Positions 7,047 through 12,172 of a stretch of 12,172 bases of DNA are shown piece after piece. The stretch's first letter is position 1, and each line of letters starts with the position of its first letter. The DNA is from Bdellovibrionia bacterium. Its GTDB lineage: Bacteria; Bdellovibrionota; UBA1018. Made by a program: the position numbers and the translations under genes. The stretch is from assembly GCA_045805065.1 (NCBI GenBank), contig JBJMMA010000161.1, positions 1-12,172 of the forward strand, in the 5' to 3' direction. The notes below the pieces were generated by a model. That model was given only the letters and a program-made list of their open reading frames with translations, was not told the DNA's origin and searched no databases.

Positions 7047-7889
7047 GTGAGCAGCCGTTTTGATCCCCACTTTTATTCGCTTTATCGCCCGTTTTATCCT
7101 GCGGAGACCTTTGCAGGCCTTACGGAGAGACTGTGTCGGCGCGGACTCATGGCGCCGCATACGTTTGCGGATATCGGATGTGGAACTGGGCATTCGACGA
7201 TTTCCCTTATTCGTTCGGAGATCCAGTCGAGTGCGAGTGGGCGGGTAATTGGAATCGATCCCGATGCGCTCATGCTGGATGAGGCGCGACGACTCAGTGC
7301 TCGTGAGCAGTGTGATGTCGAATGGAGACTCGGGCGAGGAGAGGCGACGGGACTTGAGCCTGCCAGTGTGGATGCGATCCTGATTGGATCGGCTTTCCAT
7401 TGGATGAAAGCAGGCGAAGTCAAAGCTGAGGTTTGTCGCGTGCTCAAGCGCGGGGGGATACTTCGTATCTTTGAATACCAGTTTCCAAAAGCAGTGGGGC
7501 ATCCCGAGTTAAACGAGTGGATCAGGCGTGAATTTAATTTGCGCTGGAAGGCTCCCGAGCAAAAACCTCGCGGCTCACTCAAGGAGCTGACATCCATCTT
7601 TCGAGACGACCCGGAGTTTGAATTCCTGGGCGATGCCCAACCTAAAATGGAAATGCAGCTCGACTCTGAGCAGCTCACCGGTCTGATCTTGTCGCAATCC
7701 CGAGTGCTTCATTTTGAGGACAATCTGAAAGATCAGACAGAGATACAAGCATTTCGAAACTCAGTCAGGTCCACAGTTGGAAATTATCTCGCAGAAAAGT
7801 CGGCGCTCTTCGACTTCAAGCTCGCCTGGATGGAGTTTGGCTTGAGGGCAAGGGGTATTCCGTCGGGTGATTTGACGGGATCGTCTTAA
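7047..7889 (+). CDS. Class I SAM-dependent methyltransferase
   Basis: RBS AAGGAG before GTG 7047. Motif I FADIGCGTG, VIGIDPDALML, post-II SVDAILIGSAFHWM, EVCRVLKRGG, and N-terminal YSLYRPFYP typical of this family. Confidence 0.92.
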   Translation: MSSRFDPHFYSLYRPFYPAETFAGLTERLCRRGLMAPHTFADIGCGTGHSTISLIRSEIQSSASGRVIGIDPDALMLDEARRLSAREQCDVEWRLGRGEATGLEPASVDAILIGSAFHWMKAGEVKAEVCRVLKRGGILRIFEYQFPKAVGHPELNEWIRREFNLRWKAPEQKPRGSLKELTSIFRDDPEFEFLGDAQPKMEMQLDSEQLTGLILSQSRVLHFEDNLKDQTEIQAFRNSVRSTVGNYLAEKSALFDFKLAWMEFGLRARGIPSGDLTGSS

Positions 7890-8641
7890 TAGTTGCCGTT
7901 GAGTGACTGCTGAAGGATCCTCAGGTCTTGTGCCCGAACGACAATCATACCTGATCGAGGGCTATCAATATCTGCAATCAGCAGGAAAGATACCGACACT
8001 GCGAACGGAACGATGAAAAGATTGAGACTGTTCATGCGCTTTGCACCGTAGCCCGCGAGACCGTTGCACCAGAACGAGATTAACATCATGAGGATCCAGG
8101 CCTCGGTGGGAATGCGATTATGCCAGGCATACTGTGTGTATCCCTGAGAGTTAATCACGTCATTCATCCCTACCATTGCCTGTGCCATCACGGGATTCGG
8201 GTTGGCGCTCGCGGGCTCCTTGACTGCAGTCCACAACTTTTCGTGCAAGAGCGACGTATCGCGATTGAGGGACTTCAGTTCGTCCGGATCACGGGCCGTG
8301 TAAAATCTCAACCGCATCGAAACATAGTCCCTTAGCAGCGCTTTCACGATTTCAGCGGTTCCTTTCGGAAGTACGTCCGCGCGAAGATACTCGGTCCCGA
8401 TCGCGTTTGCTTCCTGCTCTTCATAAAGCTTTCTCTGGTCATAGCGTTCGACCGCCATCGAGAAGGTGAAGCCAATGAGCAAACCCATGAGGGTCATAAT
8501 GGCGGTGACGACGAGTTTGAAGTCCTCACTCTCGCCTTCTTTAAATGGACGGATGCGCCTCTGAATGAATTGTCCGGCCATGGCGACGGACCAGAGCAGA
8601 AGAAACGAAAACACAAAGAGAAGAAGCGGGTGGCTCGTCAT
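7886..8641 (-). CDS. DUF4239 / bestrophin-like membrane protein, 251 aa
   Basis: RBS GAGGG 6 nt before ATG 8641. Family-typical motifs LMGLLIGFTFSMAVERYDQRK, EANAIGTEYLRA, MNDVIN and LIADIDSPRSGMI, with four hydrophobic segments. The stop overlaps the methyltransferase stop (TTAA, 7886-7889). Confidence 0.88.
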   Translation of the reverse strand: MTSHPLLLFVFSFLLLWSVAMAGQFIQRRIRPFKEGESEDFKLVVTAIMTLMGLLIGFTFSMAVERYDQRKLYEEQEANAIGTEYLRADVLPKGTAEIVKALLRDYVSMRLRFYTARDPDELKSLNRDTSLLHEKLWTAVKEPASANPNPVMAQAMVGMNDVINSQGYTQYAWHNRIPTEAWILMMLISFWCNGLAGYGAKRMNSLNLFIVPFAVSVSFLLIADIDSPRSGMIVVRAQDLRILQQSLNGNY

Positions 8642-8671
8642 TTCCATCCCTCGGTTCTTACAATTATCCTG

Positions 8672-8698
8672 CAATCGGAAGTCCACGGGATCGGTTAA
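8672..8698 (-). promoter_or_regulatory. Weak sigma28-like promoter TTAA-N15-TCCGATTG
   Basis: CCGAT core with a TAAA-like -35 at 15-nt spacing, about 30 nt upstream of ATG 8641. The -10 is degenerate. Confidence 0.3.
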
Positions 8699-8861
8699 GC
8701 CCGCTCATCGCAAGCTGGTGCCTTAGAGCTTCCGCCCCTTTGTAAAAATTGGATTGGGCCAGATTGTCACCAGTTCCGTCTGCTAATTCGAATTTCGGTT
8801 TAATTTCAAAGTAATGCTCCAATGCCGTATCAGCGCACGGCTTTTGCACATGCCCGCGACC

Positions 8862-10976
8862 ATGATGCGCGTATGCAAAAGTTGGCAGGTGATGTTTCTG
8901 AGTTCGGCTCTGTTTCTGAGCGGTTGTAATAGCTCGTCCATTGGACCAAGCCCAGCTTCGGTTGGTAGCGGTGATACGCAAAGGAGCGCGCCCCCAAGCG
9001 GCGTTTCTGTAAATGAACCCGCTCAGGCTCCTGTGCTCGTGCGCTCGGACTTCAAAAAAGGCGAGCTCACTCAAGCTTGCCAGGCCGCGATGGACAAGGC
9101 CAAAGCCCGCCTAGATGTGGTCGCAGCGACCGCTCCCCAGGATCGGAACTTTGATAATACCGTTCTCGCGGTTGAGTCGATCACCGCGGATCTGGCGGAC
9201 GAGACCAATCCGCTCACTTTCATGGGATATGTTTCAACGAATGCTGATACTCGCTCAGAAGGCTCGGAATGCGAAGGCAGTGTCGGTGACTTTGGAATTG
9301 AAATCTCCACTCGCAGGGATCTCTACGATGCATTGAAGGATCAGAAGCCACGCAATGCGGACGAGACGAGACTTCTCTCTGAAACCTTGAAAGCCTTTGA
9401 GCGGAATGGATTGAAGCTTCCTGAAGACAAGCTCGCACAAGTCAAAGCTCTTCAGCAAAAGCTCACGGCAGTGCAGACGCAGTTTAACGCTAACCTGAAC
9501 AACGATGTGACAACGGTTGAACTCACTGAAGCTGAGCTTGCAGGAGTTCCCGCTGACTATAAGAGCAACCTGAAGAAGACTGCCGATGGCGCACGCTACA
9601 TCGTCACGACACGCGAAAGCGACGTAGGCTCCTTCATGGCAAACGCCACGAACTCGGAAGCTCGCCGCAAATGGCTTTTCGGGTACTATAACCGTGGAGG
9701 CAAGGCCAATACCGAGCTTCTGGAGCAAGCCATCAGTCTGCGTCAGCAAATCGCAAAACTCATGGGCTACTCGACTTGGGCGGATTACCGCATCCAGGGA
9801 CGCATGGCCAAGGACGCAAAGACTGTTCTCGATTTCCTCAACGGTCTGAAGACTAAGCTTGCTGAGCGTGACCGCGAAGACATTGCAGGCCTGCTCAAGT
9901 TCAAGAAGGAGCTCGATCCTAGCGCCACCGAAGTGAACGCCTGGGACATCAACTTCCTCCAGAACCAGATCAAGAAGCGCGATTACAGCCTGGATGACGA
10001 GAAGATCCGCGAGTACTTCCCAGCCGACGTTGTGATTTCCGGGATGTTTGACGTCTACTCGAAACTTCTGGGCGTGCACTACACCGAGATTGCGGATGCG
10101 CCAGTCTGGTCACCGGACGTTAAGCTTTATCGCATCAACGATAACAAGGATGATCGCCTGATCGGATACTTCTACACCGACTTTGTGCCACGTCCTTATA
10201 AGTACGGCCATGCTGCTGCTTTCCCTCAAATCAGTGGTCGCGTGCTTCCAAACGGTAGCTACAGCCTGCCAGTTGCGGCGATTGTCGCCAACCTTGCGGC
10301 TCCAGCCAACGGAAAGCCATCGCTTTTGTCCCATGATGATGTCGAAACGATCTTCCATGAGTTTGGTCACATCATGCACATGACGCTTACGCGCGCTCCC
10401 TACGCAAGTCTCTCGGGATCGAACGTGGCTCAGGACTTTGTCGAAGCTCCGTCGCAGATGCTGGAGAACTGGGTTTGGGACGCAGATGTCCTGAGTCGCA
10501 TCTCCGGTCACTACCTCGATCACAGCCAGAAGCTCCCAGCTGATCTTCTGCAGAAGATGATCGCGGCCCGTGACTTCGATCAAGCCTACTACTATACCCG
10601 CCAGCTCATGCTTGCCTTGACGGATATGGACTATCACACGGCCGACGGGGCAGTGGATACGGCTGCGATCTATAACCGCAACTACGAAGAGATGATCGGA
10701 GTGAAGCCAGTCGCGGGCGCTCACTTTGCCGGAACCTTCGGGCACCTCATGGGTGGATATGATGCCGGATACTACGGCTATCTCTGGTCATTGGTTTACG
10801 CCACTGACATGTTCACCCGCTTCCACGATGGAGGAATGCTCAGCCCTGAAGTGGGTGCTGACTACCGCCGCGTGATTCTTGAGAATGGCAACTCGAAGGA
10901 CGCAATCGACCTTCTGGGCGAGTTCCTGGGACGCACCCCGAACTCGGAAGCCTTCTTCAAGAAGTTGCACATCTGA
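8862..10976 (+). CDS. M3A family zinc metallopeptidase (thimet oligopeptidase/neurolysin-like) with a predicted lipoprotein signal
   Basis: Zn motif FHEFGH (HEFGH at 10356-10370), DFVEAPSQMLENW, GHLMGGYDAGYYGYLWS and KYGHAA. Lipobox LSGC (Cys codon 8925-8927). The start is uncertain (8814/8850/8862/8865); 8862 gives a 21-aa signal. Confidence 0.95.
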   Translation: MMRVCKSWQVMFLSSALFLSGCNSSSIGPSPASVGSGDTQRSAPPSGVSVNEPAQAPVLVRSDFKKGELTQACQAAMDKAKARLDVVAATAPQDRNFDNTVLAVESITADLADETNPLTFMGYVSTNADTRSEGSECEGSVGDFGIEISTRRDLYDALKDQKPRNADETRLLSETLKAFERNGLKLPEDKLAQVKALQQKLTAVQTQFNANLNNDVTTVELTEAELAGVPADYKSNLKKTADGARYIVTTRESDVGSFMANATNSEARRKWLFGYYNRGGKANTELLEQAISLRQQIAKLMGYSTWADYRIQGRMAKDAKTVLDFLNGLKTKLAERDREDIAGLLKFKKELDPSATEVNAWDINFLQNQIKKRDYSLDDEKIREYFPADVVISGMFDVYSKLLGVHYTEIADAPVWSPDVKLYRINDNKDDRLIGYFYTDFVPRPYKYGHAAAFPQISGRVLPNGSYSLPVAAIVANLAAPANGKPSLLSHDDVETIFHEFGHIMHMTLTRAPYASLSGSNVAQDFVEAPSQMLENWVWDADVLSRISGHYLDHSQKLPADLLQKMIAARDFDQAYYYTRQLMLALTDMDYHTADGAVDTAAIYNRNYEEMIGVKPVAGAHFAGTFGHLMGGYDAGYYGYLWSLVYATDMFTRFHDGGMLSPEVGADYRRVILENGNSKDAIDLLGEFLGRTPNSEAFFKKLHI

Positions 10977-10994
10977 TCTTCCGGATCAAAAGTG

Positions 10995-11043
10995 AAGGGG
11001 CAGCAGAGCAATCTCGTATCGCTCTGCTGCCCCTTTCTTTATT
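10995..11043. terminator. Rho-independent terminator, probably bidirectional, between convergent genes
   Basis: Perfect 15-bp stem AAGGGGCAGCAGAGC (10995-11009) / GCTCTGCTGCCCCTT (11021-11035) with an 11-nt loop. It is followed by TCTTTATT on the plus strand and CACTTTT on the minus strand. Confidence 0.9.
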
Positions 11044-11062
11044 CAGCACTATGCGGATCTGA

Positions 11063-12172
11063 TTAGTACTTCAAGCAGGAGAAGTAGCCATTGCTATTCA
11101 TTTCCAGAATCCCAAAGCCACTGACGTAACGAGATCCGGTCGCATAGCTGAGAGCTTGGCAACGACGATGAACGGCTGCCTTGCAAACATCCAGCGGTGC
11201 TCGATCCTGACCCGTGCATGCTTCCTGATAACTCGCAAGCGTTGCCCAGCTGTCCGAGCGATACGTAGCTTCAGAACCCGTCACACAAGTTACGGTGACG
11301 TTATCGCCTAAGATCTGGACCGGGCCAAATCCACCCGCGGCATAGTTATGTCCGTTCTGACAAAAGCGGTTGATTGCAGATGCGCACTCAACGCTCATTG
11401 GGTTGTTCGGGTTACAGAGGCTTTGATAGCCACGAAGAGCAGTGAGAGTGGTTTGGAATCGCGCCGCTTGTCCCGTGTTGACGCAAACAACGTGAGCGAC
11501 GTCGCCCGCGTGCTCAACGGGTCCGAATCCGCCGGCTTTATAGCCTTTAGCCATGCAAAAGCTATCGACTGCCGAGTTGCAATCAATGCTGATTCCGGCT
11601 CTGCCATCACAAAGAGGATGGAAGGTTTTCAGAACAGAGTAACTGGTGACGAAAACGGGAGGATTGATGCTGCCGCCGCCACCAGACGATGGCTGTTGAA
11701 ACTCATAGGCTCCAAGATCAATCCCGCCCTGGCGAGGGCGACCGTCTAAGTCAGTGAGTGGAGCGGAAGCCGCCGCACCTTTACCGATAGCAGGTGATGA
11801 GCTTTGAAGATGATAATCACCGCTGCCATTGGCCTGATAGTTCACGAAAAGTGGATCTTGCAAGATGGTGCCGCTGACTGATCCTTTCTGCATTTTCACA
11901 TTGGTTCCACTCTTGTAGACCAAGTTATTGATGTAGCGATTATTGGCGCCCACTTTGCCGTACTCGATAATCCCGTAGACAGTGTTGTCATAAACGATGT
12001 TGTTAGCGACGTAGTTGTTCTCAGAACCATTCGGTAGAGCTCCTGCGTCCCCTTCACCAATCAAGATCCCTTCTTTGCAATGAAAGACCGTGTTGTTGAT
12101 GATGACCGATGAGGTTGCTCCATGCCATTGATGAATCCCAACCACGGTTCCTGAAGCGATATTATTGATCAC
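11063..12172 (-). CDS. Right-handed beta-helix protein with a choice-of-anchor-Q-like segment and three C-terminal 4-Cys repeats, 5'-truncated by the window edge
   Basis: The ORF runs to the window end. Beta-helix repeats IINNTVF, VANNIVYDN and YINNLVY, then DPLFV...GDYHLQSSSPAIGKG...DLDGRPR...DLGAYE, linker PSSGGGGS and the repeats. Confidence 0.88.
   Translation of the reverse strand: MINNIASGTVVGIHQWHGATSSVIINNTVFHCKEGILIGEGDAGALPNGSENNYVANNIVYDNTVYGIIEYGKVGANNRYINNLVYKSGTNVKMQKGSVSGTILQDPLFVNYQANGSGDYHLQSSSPAIGKGAAASAPLTDLDGRPRQGGIDLGAYEFQQPSSGGGGSINPPVFVTSYSVLKTFHPLCDGRAGISIDCNSAVDSFCMAKGYKAGGFGPVEHAGDVAHVVCVNTGQAARFQTTLTALRGYQSLCNPNNPMSVECASAINRFCQNGHNYAAGGFGPVQILGDNVTVTCVTGSEATYRSDSWATLASYQEACTGQDRAPLDVCKAAVHRRCQALSYATGSRYVSGFGILEMNSNGYFSCLKY
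11072..11653 (-). repeat. Three degenerate ~60-aa repeats (about 11653-11480, 11458-11282, 11263-11072)
   Basis: Protein-level pattern Lxx(F/Y)(H/Q)xxC...CxxA(V/I)xxxC...Y...GFG(P/I)(V/L)(E/Q)...C(V/L), with four Cys per unit. Confidence 0.85.

Noticed and set aside
7014..7678. Minus-strand ORFs of 162 and 194 aa
   Set aside because: They lie opposite a methyltransferase with clear motifs and an RBS.
7047..7889. Methyltransferase as a DNA methylase or defence gene
   Set aside because: It has no DPPY/NPPY or PC catalytic motif and no adjacent nuclease; it looks like a small-molecule methyltransferase.
8805..8831. Possible sigma28 site TTCA-N15-GCCGTATC before the peptidase
   Set aside because: The -10 lacks the CCGAT core and the -35 is poor.
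8833..8848. Sigma54-like GCGCACGGCTTTTGCA upstream of the peptidase
   Set aside because: It matches CACG-N4-TTGCA, but the near-invariant GG at -24 is CG.
9255..10745. Long antisense ORFs (9255-10079, 10110-10745)
   Set aside because: They mirror the codon-biased peptidase gene and have no recognisable motifs.
10974..10988. Small hairpin TGATC-TTCCG-GATCA at the peptidase stop
   Set aside because: The 5-bp stem is within chance expectation, and the adjacent 15-bp stem already explains termination.

Overview
Bacterial chromosomal window with nine protein-coding genes and no RNA genes, mobile elements or CRISPR array that I can support. In order: a 5'-truncated GAF-like/PAS/PAS sensor histidine kinase; a Cys-rich membrane hypothetical protein; a secreted right-handed beta-helix protein with GH141-like motifs and three C-terminal 58-aa repeats resembling a minimal SUEL lectin; a small secreted YPAxGQS-family protein; a secreted Gly-rich plus Ig-like protein; a class I SAM methyltransferase; a DUF4239/bestrophin-like membrane protein; an M3A oligopeptidase with a lipoprotein signal; and the 3' part of a second beta-helix/choice-of-anchor-Q-like protein with three copies of a different 4-Cys repeat. 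The intergenic DNA contains two to three sigma28 (FliA)-like promoters, a sigma54-like promoter preceded by a palindrome, and a strong bidirectional terminator. The protein styles suggest a Bdellovibrionota/Oligoflexia- or Myxococcota-like organism, but this is inference only. The best leads are the two beta-helix proteins carrying tandem disulfide-type modules and a possible FliA regulon of non-flagellar envelope genes. All family assignments come from motif recognition, not database searches.
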